Translations under genes and position numbers: made by a program
Assembly (NCBI GenBank): GCA_963664195.1
Contig: OY760907.1
Coordinates: 864,001 to 928,000 of the forward strand
DNA: 64,000 nt
Source of the DNA: an uncultured candidate division Zixibacteria bacterium
Lineage (GTDB): Bacteria > Zixibacteria > MSB-5A5 > GN15 > FEB-12
Direction of reading: 5' to 3'
Shown: positions 50,993 through 60,136 of the stretch, one piece after another
Numbering within the stretch: position 1 is the stretch's first letter
How the letters are laid out: each line of letters opens with the position of its first letter
The notes under the pieces: model-generated
Database searches by the model: none
Told to the model about the DNA's origin: nothing
Seen by the model: the letters and a program-made list of their open reading frames with translations, nothing else

Positions 50993-51550
50993 CTAGAGCC
51001 TCAAATTCCTGATAAGGACCCGTTCGGTGAAAGTCAAGTTCCGCACTCCGTTGTTGGTCACGAAATCTCCGTCCGGTCGCATAGTCCCCACGGTAAGTGT
51101 GATCTCCACCGTCGAGGCCGACAGAGCCGTAAATGACAGCCCGACAATCTGATCGCCGTACACGTCCGACGTCGCGCTGTTGACTTTCTTCATCAGCTTG
51201 CCCGTAGGAATGGAGCTTTGATCTACTGCCTCGTTATAGTCAACGTAATACGCCACGGTGTCCACTGGCTGCGTATCGCTGTAATATACAAACAAGGAAT
51301 CACCGCTGATTCGGTAAGGAACGTGTGATCCTATCTTGAAGCCGGCCTTCCGCAGCGTCCGGACCATTTCCTGAAGGTTGTTGCGACCGGCCTGCTGCAT
51401 GTCACCGATATCTTCCTGGGTCAACGTATGACTGTGCACATTAGTATAGAAGCGCATGCACGTTATCGAGATGATCCCGGTCAGGAACAGCGCAATAAGC
51501 ACCTCTATCAGCGTGTACCCTCTCCTGTTGGATAGCTTGCTCATACTCAC
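50993..51550 (-). CDS. PilW-like minor pilin
   Basis: RRG/YTLIE prepilin motif, LRKAGF. Confidence 0.85.
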   Translation of the reverse strand: MSMSKLSNRRGYTLIEVLIALFLTGIISITCMRFYTNVHSHTLTQEDIGDMQQAGRNNLQEMVRTLRKAGFKIGSHVPYRISGDSLFVYYSDTQPVDTVAYYVDYNEAVDQSSIPTGKLMKKVNSATSDVYGDQIVGLSFTALSASTVEITLTVGTMRPDGDFVTNNGVRNLTFTERVLIRNLRL

Positions 51551-51560
51551 CGCCCCTCCC

Positions 51561-51962
51561 CTAAGGAATCACCAGAAATGTTGAAAAGGTTTCGGAGTGG
51601 TGCAATTGATCCTGCCCTTCCCAGGAGACAGAAACGCTCAACTGGCATAGTTCGCTTGGAATGGACGAATCTGTCGTGCTGTCAATGAGGTTGGTGGTAC
51701 GATAGTAACAACCCTCCAGATCGGCCTCCTGCCCCGTCCACGGCATAGCCGGGAGCGAATCGAGAGCCTCGTATCGCTCAATCTGGGTTTTGATCAGCGT
51801 GGCAACAACACTGTTGTCCCTTGCCGTCACGTTGCTCTGTATTGAAGTGCCGATCATCAGCGCCATCCCGAGCAGCCCCACCGACATCAGGACCATACTC
51901 ACCAATACCTCGGGTAGGCCGACACCCTTCTCATTACGGATCTTTGACAGAAGTCTATTCAT
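51561..51962 (-). CDS. PilV-like minor pilin
   Basis: EKG/VGLPEVL..GLLG, VSVSW. Confidence 0.82.
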   Translation of the reverse strand: MNRLLSKIRNEKGVGLPEVLVSMVLMSVGLLGMALMIGTSIQSNVTARDNSVVATLIKTQIERYEALDSLPAMPWTGQEADLEGCYYRTTNLIDSTTDSSIPSELCQLSVSVSWEGQDQLHHSETFSTFLVIP

Positions 51963-52248
51963 AGTAGTGCCCTCATTTGCCCATTTACAGACTAACTCCG
52001 TGCCGCAGTTGGGATCGCGGACACAGATGTCGGCCATCTCCTTGGCAGACCGTCAGATAGTGGGAGGGCGCGATATGAAAGAGAGCGGACCCTTCACGCC
52101 GAAGTTCAGATCCTGTACAGTAGGGTATGGTATTCCCCCCACACAATGGCCGGAAGACCCCACATATACATGGAAATAAACGGCTTAAGAATTTACCGTG
52201 GTGATCAAGCGCCGGTCACTTGTTGTGCAATAGAGCACCAAGCCTGTC

Positions 52249-52923
52249 CTATTTCTTCCCCTTGCCGAACAACACGCTGAAATCTATCGTGAATGACGGG
52301 CCGCTGTAGTTGGTACTGCCGCCGATAGGTTCCTTGAAATCGCTGTGTATGTTGACACCGGCAGTCGCTCCCAGCATAAACCGCCGGCTGAGCGCAAAAT
52401 CGATACCGGCCGACAACTGACCGCCGATTGCCAGTTCGGTCCGCTCCAGGCTTGTTATAACTACGCCCACAACCTCAACGTTCTGATTGCCGATAAACGG
52501 TCCGACCGCCGCGCCGATATGAGGTCGCACGGACGAAGTCAAACTCGACTTCAGCGGGTAGAACTTCATGCCGAGGAGAATCGGCGTGACCATCGCTCTT
52601 TCGGTTGCGACTTCGAACATCCCGGAGACGACCTGGACATCGGCGATCATCGACCCGAGACTCACAAACACGACCTGGTTTTCCGCCAGCCAGTGACCGT
52701 AGAAGATGCCGCCGTACGCACCGCTATTCTCGACGGTTGTCGTGACGAACCCGGCCTGGATTTCGACACGTGCGTCGGTCGTCTGGTTCCACCCACCGGC
52801 ATTGAGGCCGATCTGATGCCGCCCGTTGAGTGTCGTCTGCGCCGACGACACGCCGGCGAGTGCGAACACGGCGACGAGTGTGAATGCTACGACGGTTACG
52901 ATTGTGGTCTTTCGATTTTTCAT
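52249..52923 (-). CDS. OmpW-like outer membrane beta-barrel protein
   Basis: Signal peptide, amphipathic strands, VRPHIGAAVG. Confidence 0.7.
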   Translation of the reverse strand: MKNRKTTIVTVVAFTLVAVFALAGVSSAQTTLNGRHQIGLNAGGWNQTTDARVEIQAGFVTTTVENSGAYGGIFYGHWLAENQVVFVSLGSMIADVQVVSGMFEVATERAMVTPILLGMKFYPLKSSLTSSVRPHIGAAVGPFIGNQNVEVVGVVITSLERTELAIGGQLSAGIDFALSRRFMLGATAGVNIHSDFKEPIGGSTNYSGPSFTIDFSVLFGKGKK

Positions 52924-53052
52924 TCTGTATGCCTCCGACAGCTCTTTGCCTTTGAAGAACGTTAAGACGTATGCCTACCGGAAGGTTTGGAATTGTGAGG
53001 GCGGGGGCAAGTAAAATCGGGAGCTAGTGGCTGACATGGGACGGGGGCTGTT

Positions 53053-53080
53053 GTAGGGAAGGTTTGTCTGCAAACCTGCC
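53053..53080. repeat. REP family A copy
   Basis: gtagggaaggtttgtctgcaaacctgcc. Confidence 0.8.
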
Positions 53081-53091
53081 AGGGGAGCGAT

Positions 53092-54783
53092 TTAGACACC
53101 AGGATCGCATGTGGAGCGACCAGCTAACCAAGCTAGAGCTTCCTCCACTACGGAAGGTATTGGTGACGTACCGTCCGCTGCGATCAATCTAGCTTTTACC
53201 GCCTTGCCGAATCCGGCATACTTCTGGCACATCGCCTGATGCTCAACTTGTCCCATAGTCTCTCTCAAACACACTTCGTAGTTCCCATTAAAAGACCAGA
53301 CTCGTATCAGATCACATTCTGCTGTCAAGCCATCCAACTGGGCGTTGATCTCTTCCGCCACGTTGGCCACGGTTGTGTCCATAATATCGGTGTCGTATAG
53401 AACACCGACAGGAACGCCAAACGAAGACACTATGCGTGCAAACTCCAGTAGGTTTCGCTTCCCGCCGACCTCAACAATCGTCGAGTTCGAGCCGTTGAGA
53501 TCGTGGCCAAGCCTCCTAGCGTATTCTGGCAATGCCAACTTCTCAGTGTCTCCCTCGACCAAGAGGACTCTTGAAGCGAAGAACAACTCATTTCGCTCTG
53601 GGTCGAACTCTTTTATCAGCCGCTCTTCTCTAGCTTTGTCATATGAAAGAGATGAACTGGTGGCGGAGGTCACTCCACGTTCCCTACGAACCATCAGTAC
53701 GTTGTGGAACTCCGGCACGTTCACGAAATGCGGGGAGTGTGTAGTATAGATCACCTGATTCGTGTTTCCGATCTCCATCAGCGACTTGTGCAATGAGCGT
53801 TGCATCTGCGGATGCAGGAACATTTCGGGCTCCTCAACTAGAAACACTGCTCCTTTCTTCTTGGACTCCTCGTACGCTCTCAATATCGCAATGACCAAGG
53901 CGTTCTGAAAACCATCCCCTAACTCCGTAGCATCAATAGTGAATCCATCCTCCTTGATACGCAGTCCTAGAGCTCTGTAGAAATCCATACTGCTGAAAGG
54001 ACTAAAGTGCAGATCGAGTTTCTCGTTGTCCACCTCAGGATCAAAACCAAGCTGCCTCAGGGCGTGTTTCTTTATCCGGTTCTCCAGGTTCCAGAACTCA
54101 TCCGTGTATAGTAGTTCCATAGCGGCATCCATGAACCTCTGAAAGCGTTCGGACCTCCGCATCTCGACCATTTCTCCGTTGTTCGCCCGGACTGTGGTGG
54201 TGTTGCCCTCGCTATTGAAATCATCATTGATTGATTCCAGCATTACCCTCAGTAGTGAGTACTGACTACTGGGAAGATGGTGTCTCAATGCCCTGTTGGT
54301 TCCTATGTGGATTACTGGAATGGCAGCCTGGACCTCTGACGGTATTCGAGTGAGTGGCTCAAAGGCGGGCTTCTGCCCCTTCTTGAAGGCGCTCTTTGGT
54401 ACTTGGAGGCGTTTGCCCTTGCTGTTGAGGCATGCCTGCTCAAGCCTCCGCTCACCTTCTCGATCGCCCACTTTGTAAGTGGTATAGTGGAAGCTCAGTC
54501 CATGAACCTCAGCGACACCGCTGTATTTGAACCTCTGATAGGAGATCGGAGAATCCAAAGTCAGTTGAATCAGAATGTCCTTGAAGGGGTCCTTTCCGTG
54601 TATGTCATCAACGGAGAAGCTGTCGGCGCTTATCCAGCTTCGCCCCAACACTCTCTTTATTGCCAGCAGCAGATTGGATTTGCCTGAGTTGTTCGCCCCC
54701 ACCAAAGCGCAAATCCTGGGGAGGGCTATGTCGAGTATCTCAAAGGACCGGAAATTCTCGATTCTGATTCTCGCTATTCTCAT
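53092..54783 (-). CDS. OLD-family ATP-dependent nuclease (ABC ATPase + TOPRIM)
   Basis: GANNSGKS, LGDGFQ, VEEPEMFLHP, TTHS, VEGDTE, GGK, YDTD. Confidence 0.92.
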   Translation of the reverse strand: MRIARIRIENFRSFEILDIALPRICALVGANNSGKSNLLLAIKRVLGRSWISADSFSVDDIHGKDPFKDILIQLTLDSPISYQRFKYSGVAEVHGLSFHYTTYKVGDREGERRLEQACLNSKGKRLQVPKSAFKKGQKPAFEPLTRIPSEVQAAIPVIHIGTNRALRHHLPSSQYSLLRVMLESINDDFNSEGNTTTVRANNGEMVEMRRSERFQRFMDAAMELLYTDEFWNLENRIKKHALRQLGFDPEVDNEKLDLHFSPFSSMDFYRALGLRIKEDGFTIDATELGDGFQNALVIAILRAYEESKKKGAVFLVEEPEMFLHPQMQRSLHKSLMEIGNTNQVIYTTHSPHFVNVPEFHNVLMVRRERGVTSATSSSLSYDKAREERLIKEFDPERNELFFASRVLLVEGDTEKLALPEYARRLGHDLNGSNSTIVEVGGKRNLLEFARIVSSFGVPVGVLYDTDIMDTTVANVAEEINAQLDGLTAECDLIRVWSFNGNYEVCLRETMGQVEHQAMCQKYAGFGKAVKARLIAADGTSPIPSVVEEALAWLAGRSTCDPGV

Positions 54784-55002
54784 CTTGCCGCTCCAAGGTG
54801 ACATACGGCCACGCGCACAGTCACATCAACATTGGTTCTCCTCATCCCCGCTGTCATATCAATCGCTGAATGGGTGGCACGCGTGGCGTGCCGAGATTCC
54901 CCGTCGATAATATACGATACATCGGTCTATGTGGCAAGGGGACTTGCGGAAAAAGTGGAGAAAAGAGGATAATGTGTCAGGTTCGATGCATCAGACACAG
55001 AT

Positions 55003-55030
55003 GGCGGATTCGAAGACGGATCCGCCCTAC
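55003..55030. repeat. REP-like palindrome (family A-related)
   Basis: Minus strand gtagggcggatccgtcttcgaatccgcc. Confidence 0.7.
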
Positions 55031-55039
55031 AGGAACGGA

Positions 55040-56026
55040 CTACACAAACTTCACGCCCTCGATTACCGGGGTGCCGTTGGCGATTCGTTCTGTGCGGTCT
55101 TTCATGAACGCCCGCACCCAGTCGCCGTCGTCGATTGCGTCCGCCATGTACAGCACTACGTACAACTCCGCCTCGCGAAGTTTCAAAAAGTCCGGCACGT
55201 ACTCAAACCAAACCGGATCCAGGCTGTACTCCTGCGCGTATCCCTCTTTCAGCAAATCCCAGTACCTTTGAGCCGATGCGGGGTCGTCGCCGAGCGAAGT
55301 GTCCCGAATGGCATAGAAAAACGGCATCGCGAGATCGTACGCAAACCAGTTGTAATTGCAGTCATCGAAATCAATCGCCACCAGCGACCCGTCGTCGACA
55401 ATCAGGTTGCCGTGGTGAAGGTCGCTGTGGACCAACCCGTAGCTGTCGCTATCAATCGGAAGCTGCTTGAGTTTTGTCTCCAGCGCGATCATCGCCGCCT
55501 TTGCTTTGGTCTGGTCCTCGGGAACGCAATCCAAATGTCTGAACGACTCGTCGTACCAGTGGCTGCGGGTCGTCGCCTCGCTGCCGGGGCGGTAGTCTTT
55601 CGTCAGAGCGTGCATTTTTCCTACGATGCGCCCCCAGCCTCTGATGCCGTTGTCATCCCAATCAGATATCCGCCGGGTGTCGCCCGGGGCCTTTTCGAAG
55701 ACGTACACTATGAAATACGAATCCTCTACCTCGATCACTTCCAGCAGGTTGCCGTTCGCCGAAGGAATCACCGCACAAACCGACACGCCGTTTTTGGACA
55801 GGTAGTCCACCCATTCGAGTTCCCCCGTCACCTGATCCGGAGTCCGGTGCAGCGAGTGCGTGAGTTTCAGAATGTAGCAACGCGTGTCCTTCTCGAACTC
55901 GAACACGAGGCTTTCGAATCCGCCCAGCAACTTGAGCTTTTCGATATCGATACTGAAAAGAGCGCTTACTTTGCCGAGGATCGACTCGTTGTGATTGTCA
56001 TACAGCGTTTGGCTTCGGGGGTCCAT
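55040..56026 (-). CDS. APH/homoserine kinase II-like phosphotransferase
   Basis: HSDLHHGN, IDFDD. Confidence 0.88.
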   Translation of the reverse strand: MDPRSQTLYDNHNESILGKVSALFSIDIEKLKLLGGFESLVFEFEKDTRCYILKLTHSLHRTPDQVTGELEWVDYLSKNGVSVCAVIPSANGNLLEVIEVEDSYFIVYVFEKAPGDTRRISDWDDNGIRGWGRIVGKMHALTKDYRPGSEATTRSHWYDESFRHLDCVPEDQTKAKAAMIALETKLKQLPIDSDSYGLVHSDLHHGNLIVDDGSLVAIDFDDCNYNWFAYDLAMPFFYAIRDTSLGDDPASAQRYWDLLKEGYAQEYSLDPVWFEYVPDFLKLREAELYVVLYMADAIDDGDWVRAFMKDRTERIANGTPVIEGVKFV

Positions 56027-56207
56027 CGGGGTCCTTTCGTGTATGCGTTGCCAGTGCAAACATAATACTACATTCCTCACCAGACGTAAACCGGGCAGGG
56101 TTGTTCGCAATTATCGCTAGGCCAATCGGACAACATTTGTTATATATAGGGACTTGGAACTCCCGAGAGTGTCGGGGGTAAACAGGTTGGATGATAAAGG
56201 TCTGTCC

Positions 56208-56669
56208 GTGATACGAATAGTAGCAGTTACATCAATACTTCTGCAGTTGTACGCGTCGTTTGCCGCCAACCTGGATTGTTGGATAGGCATTCCGGACCCG
56301 TGCCCGGTAGTAACATCACCGTGCGGTGGATGCATGGTGGTGCCGGAGCCGGTCCCCTTTTTCACGTATATCTCGCAGCCGCTTTGCTGCACCGTGGCGG
56401 ACCGACCCGAGTTGCCCTGTTCACACAAAGCCAAAACTTCGTGCGGTCAGGACCTGAAGTGCACGCCAATCGAGCGTTGCTGCACTCTGATTTTGGTCCG
56501 TCGACAGACCGAAGGGGTCGTCTTTGAGTTATCAACTCCGACGGCCGAGCCTCCTGCATCGACGTTTGCATTCGACGACCTATTGTCTCAATCAATAGAC
56601 GTTCAAGGGAAGATCATTCCCGCCAGAGGAGTTCATCCCGCAATCGCCTCCACGGTGTTACTGATCTGA
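56208..56669 (+). CDS. Cys-rich hypothetical protein (DUF2946-like architecture)
   Basis: N-terminal TM, scattered C/CC, Pro-rich hydrophobic C-terminus; start uncertain. Confidence 0.55.
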   Translation: MIRIVAVTSILLQLYASFAANLDCWIGIPDPCPVVTSPCGGCMVVPEPVPFFTYISQPLCCTVADRPELPCSHKAKTSCGQDLKCTPIERCCTLILVRRQTEGVVFELSTPTAEPPASTFAFDDLLSQSIDVQGKIIPARGVHPAIASTVLLI

Positions 56670-56748
56670 TACGTGCACGGGCCTGCGTTTGCACGGCTCG
56701 AACCGTAGCGCAATTTCAAAACAGTAACATTGATCCTAACAAAGGAGA

Positions 56749-57201
56749 ATGGGTGTGAAAAGGCATCATATTCTTAGCATATTGACGTGTGCCCTGGTCC
56801 TCATGTTCGCATTCAGCAACGTGGCTCTGGCCGGAGGCTCGAGCTGTTCCCCGCTCTGCAAGGGCAAGTGTCCGTCGACGGAAAAAGCGAAGGCATCCGA
56901 TACCAAAGCCATCTCGGCCAAGGATGCCACAAAGGCCGGTCAGGCCTGCTCTGCTGCCTGCAAAGAGACCTGCGCGCAGAAGTGTACCAAGGAATGCGCA
57001 GAAGACTGTAAGGGTTGTGCCTGCAAGGTGACAGCTGACGGCAAAATGGATTGCAGCAAATGTACCTGCAAGGCCTGCAAGGATTGCCGCGCCAAGGTCG
57101 GTGCCAAGTCTGCAGGTACGGTGAAGGCATCATCGTGCGCCGCCAAGGGATGCACGAGCAGTTGCACCAAGGCTACCAAGGCTTCCGCCTCCGGCAAGTG
57201 A
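56749..57201 (+). CDS. secreted metallothionein-like Cys/Lys/Ala-rich protein
   Basis: Signal peptide (ALA), 20 Cys, AAGGAG RBS. Confidence 0.75.
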   Translation: MGVKRHHILSILTCALVLMFAFSNVALAGGSSCSPLCKGKCPSTEKAKASDTKAISAKDATKAGQACSAACKETCAQKCTKECAEDCKGCACKVTADGKMDCSKCTCKACKDCRAKVGAKSAGTVKASSCAAKGCTSSCTKATKASASGK

Positions 57202-57227
57202 CCGCATATACGACAGCGACCTAATAA

Positions 57228-57257
57228 GAAAGGCCACCCCATTGCAGGGTGGCCTTG
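57228..57257. terminator. hairpin between convergent genes
   Basis: aaggccaccc...gggtggcctt. Confidence 0.6.
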
Positions 57258-57331
57258 TCGCTGCTGAGAGGGAAGGATCGCATCGCATGCCTATGACCCT
57301 TCCATAGGGACTGTCTCTCAGGGCGTTTTCA

Positions 57332-58123
57332 TCAGAAACTCAGTCCCACCAGCAAGTGAGACATCTCAGACTCGGGGTTGATGACAAACGAAACCGTAAG
57401 CGGCAGATTGAGTGTCTCCGATACCTGAATGTCGCGCGAGGCAGTTACGCCCAGGTTGATGAAAGCAAACTCATCGGCACCGTAGTAGCCCGGGTTGTCC
57501 TCGCTTCCGGGGGTCACGCCGCAGAAGAAACCAAGCTCGTATTCATTCACCATGACCGGGTAGTCCAGTTGGAAGTACGCGTTGTTTCCGGCATCGTTGT
57601 GCACGTTGAAATATCCCGACAGCGTCACCGGAAAGCTTGACGGTCCGGTAATCGACAGGCCGATTTCCAGTGTGTGGGCGCCGCCGTAGAAGTATGAGCT
57701 ATCCGCCGTGCCCGCTTCATCGTCGATCACCATGACCAGAGTCGAGTCTCCGTCGCCGTCGAAATTGGAAAACTTCAAACCGGCGTTCGGATAGTAGTAA
57801 TCCGTAATCATTGCTGAAAACGCCACGCCGCTCTCCAATTCGCGGGTGTAGCTGAGCCAGAAGTCGATCTCGTCGCAATCGGATTGCTCGTTGGAGAGCG
57901 TGTACGCTCCCCAGGTACCCAACTCAAGACCGGCATAGCTGACTGAAAGGAACGGCTGGATCGACGGAGTGTTGGCAATGTCGCCGCCACGCCACACATA
58001 ACGGTTGTACAAATCAACTCCCGTGTTCACGCTGATGCTCTCCTGAGCAAATGCCGTAGCCGACAGGCCGGTGATCAGTATGACCAACAGCAACGTCTTC
58101 AAAGCGGTGTTTTTCGACAGCAT
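57332..58123 (-). CDS. outer membrane porin-like protein (TorF/TIGR02001-like)
   Basis: YVWRG, PSIQP, EIDFWLSY, DYYYP, C-terminal F; follows amt. Confidence 0.75.
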   Translation of the reverse strand: MLSKNTALKTLLLVILITGLSATAFAQESISVNTGVDLYNRYVWRGGDIANTPSIQPFLSVSYAGLELGTWGAYTLSNEQSDCDEIDFWLSYTRELESGVAFSAMITDYYYPNAGLKFSNFDGDGDSTLVMVIDDEAGTADSSYFYGGAHTLEIGLSITGPSSFPVTLSGYFNVHNDAGNNAYFQLDYPVMVNEYELGFFCGVTPGSEDNPGYYGADEFAFINLGVTASRDIQVSETLNLPLTVSFVINPESEMSHLLVGLSF

Positions 58124-58146
58124 GTGAAATCTCCTTTTTCAGTCAA

Positions 58147-59352
58147 TCAGTTAACGTAAGCCTGCTCGCCGTGGAGAGATTCATCGAGTGTCGATTCCTC
58201 GTCCTCGGATGTTTTGACAGTGGTTATCTTGTTGATAATCCACAACATGCCGTAAGTGAAGGCAAATGCATACACTGAGGATACCAGGATAGCGACAAGC
58301 TCTTTGATGAAGAAGTCAGACCCGCCGAAGAAGAGACCGTTGGCACCGGCCGGGTTCACCAGGGTGCTTCCCAGCAAGCCTAGCATGATGATTCCCAATG
58401 CGCCGCCGACTCCGTGAACACCCCAGACGTCAAGGGCATCGTCCCAACCCCACTTGTTTTTCAGGCTGACGGCCCCGTAGCACACCAGACCGGCACAGAC
58501 GCCGATAATCGCAGCCGAACCCGGGGAAACAAATGCTGCCGCCGGCGTGATAGTGGCCAGTCCCGCAACGGCACCGGTCAGCAAACCGACAAACCTCGGC
58601 TTCTTGGAGAGAACCCATTCGAGCAGCAACCAGGAAATGGCAGCGAATGATGCGGCTATGTCTGTGTTGACAAAAGCCAACGCGGTAACTGAATCGACCT
58701 GAAGTTCACTGCCGGCATTGAAACCGTACCAGCCAAACCAGAGAAGACCGGTTCCCAATGCTACCAGCGGAATACTGTGAGGTCCCGTTTCGGCCACACG
58801 CCGTCGACCAACGAAGAGCACTGAGGCAAGAGCCGCCATACCGGCGATGTTGTGTACGGCGATACCTCCTGCGAAGTCCAGTACGCCCCACTCGGCCAGA
58901 AGACCGCCGCCCCAGATCATATGGACAAATGGGAAATACACGAGGACAAGCCAAGCGACGAGGAATAACAGGTAAGCCGGGAACCGCACACGATTCGAGA
59001 AGGCTCCGGTAATCAGCGCCGGGGTGATAATCGCAAACATCATCTGGTAAGCGAAAAACACGAACATCGGAATCTGACCGTCGCCGAACGGCGTCATGAG
59101 ATCTACACCGTTGAGAAAAGCCATATCAAGGTTTCCGATAATGCCACCTTCACCGCCGCTGAAACAGAGTGAAAAACCTATGGCATACCACAGAATTGTA
59201 GTAACCCCCATAGAGACGAAACTTTGGATCATGATGGAGAGAACGTTCTTGCGTCCTACCAATCCACCGTAGAAAAATGCCAGGCCGGGAGTCATTAACA
59301 TTACGAGACTCGTGGCCACGAGCATAAATCCAGTATTGCCCGTATCAAACAT
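58147..59352 (-). CDS. amtB: Amt ammonium transporter
   Basis: MTPGLAFFYGG, DFAGGIAVH, WFGWYGFN, DDALDVWGVHG. Confidence 0.96.
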   Translation of the reverse strand: MFDTGNTGFMLVATSLVMLMTPGLAFFYGGLVGRKNVLSIMIQSFVSMGVTTILWYAIGFSLCFSGGEGGIIGNLDMAFLNGVDLMTPFGDGQIPMFVFFAYQMMFAIITPALITGAFSNRVRFPAYLLFLVAWLVLVYFPFVHMIWGGGLLAEWGVLDFAGGIAVHNIAGMAALASVLFVGRRRVAETGPHSIPLVALGTGLLWFGWYGFNAGSELQVDSVTALAFVNTDIAASFAAISWLLLEWVLSKKPRFVGLLTGAVAGLATITPAAAFVSPGSAAIIGVCAGLVCYGAVSLKNKWGWDDALDVWGVHGVGGALGIIMLGLLGSTLVNPAGANGLFFGGSDFFIKELVAILVSSVYAFAFTYGMLWIINKITTVKTSEDEESTLDESLHGEQAYVN

Positions 59353-59407
59353 GTTGTTCCTCCTTCTTCAGGTGGAAACAGTATGCTTTGTCGCGGCAAA
59401 TACGAAA

Positions 59408-59423
59408 ATAGGGGAATCCCTGA
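59408..59423. promoter_or_regulatory. putative NarL/LuxR activator box upstream of amt
   Basis: TCAGGGATTCCCCTAT (AGGG-N4-CCCT) abutting a weak -35; -10 CATACT. Confidence 0.4.
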
Positions 59424-59488
59424 ATGTGCCCTGCTAAATACCTTACTCAGGATTAACAGGAGAACGCACCAAACCGAGCAGGTTACGT

Positions 59489-60136
59489 TCAATCGAGCGG
59501 AGTAAGGCCCTCGCGGATAGCGTACTTGGTCAATTCGGCAATGCTGTGAAGGTCGAGTTTATCCATGATTTGCTTGCGGTGGCTTTCGACCGTTTTCACG
59601 CTGATCTTCAGCATATCCGCGGCGTCTTTGGTGGACCGGCCCTCTGCAAGAATCTGGAGGACCTCGCGCTCACGTCCGGTAAGCGGAGAGTCTGAAACGC
59701 CCCGGTCATCTCGGATCCAATTGACGTAGTCCCGGAGAACCTGATCTCGCACCGACATGCTGAAAAAGAACTCCCCCTCCTGCACGGCCCGTATCGCCTC
59801 GACAACTTCGGCAGCGGCGGACTCTTTCAGGAGGTAGCCTCGTGCGCCGATGCGGAGCGATTCTTTGATGAATCTTCGATCGTCGTGCATGGAAAGCATG
59901 ATGATTTTCGTGTCAGGAAGATCGCGAAGAATCCGGCGACCGGCGTCAATGCCGTTCAACCGGGGCATGGAGATGTCCAGAAGAATGATATCCGGCTTAT
60001 GCTTCAGGGCAAGTTCGGTGGCCTCGAAACCATTCCCTGCTACAGCAACAACATCCAACTTCGGTTGCTGATCAAGCAGGGACCGGAGGCCGTCGACCAG
60101 CAGTTGATGATCATCGGCAACAAGTATCCTAATCAT
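59489..60136 (-). CDS. NarL/LuxR family response regulator
   Basis: ADDH, LDISMP, GYLLK, LTGREREV..TVESHR. Confidence 0.95.
   Translation of the reverse strand: MIRILVADDHQLLVDGLRSLLDQQPKLDVVAVAGNGFEATELALKHKPDIILLDISMPRLNGIDAGRRILRDLPDTKIIMLSMHDDRRFIKESLRIGARGYLLKESAAAEVVEAIRAVQEGEFFFSMSVRDQVLRDYVNWIRDDRGVSDSPLTGREREVLQILAEGRSTKDAADMLKISVKTVESHRKQIMDKLDLHSIAELTKYAIREGLTPLD

Noticed and set aside
53092..54783. Gabija or retron system
   Set aside because: No adjacent UvrD helicase (GajB) or reverse transcriptase
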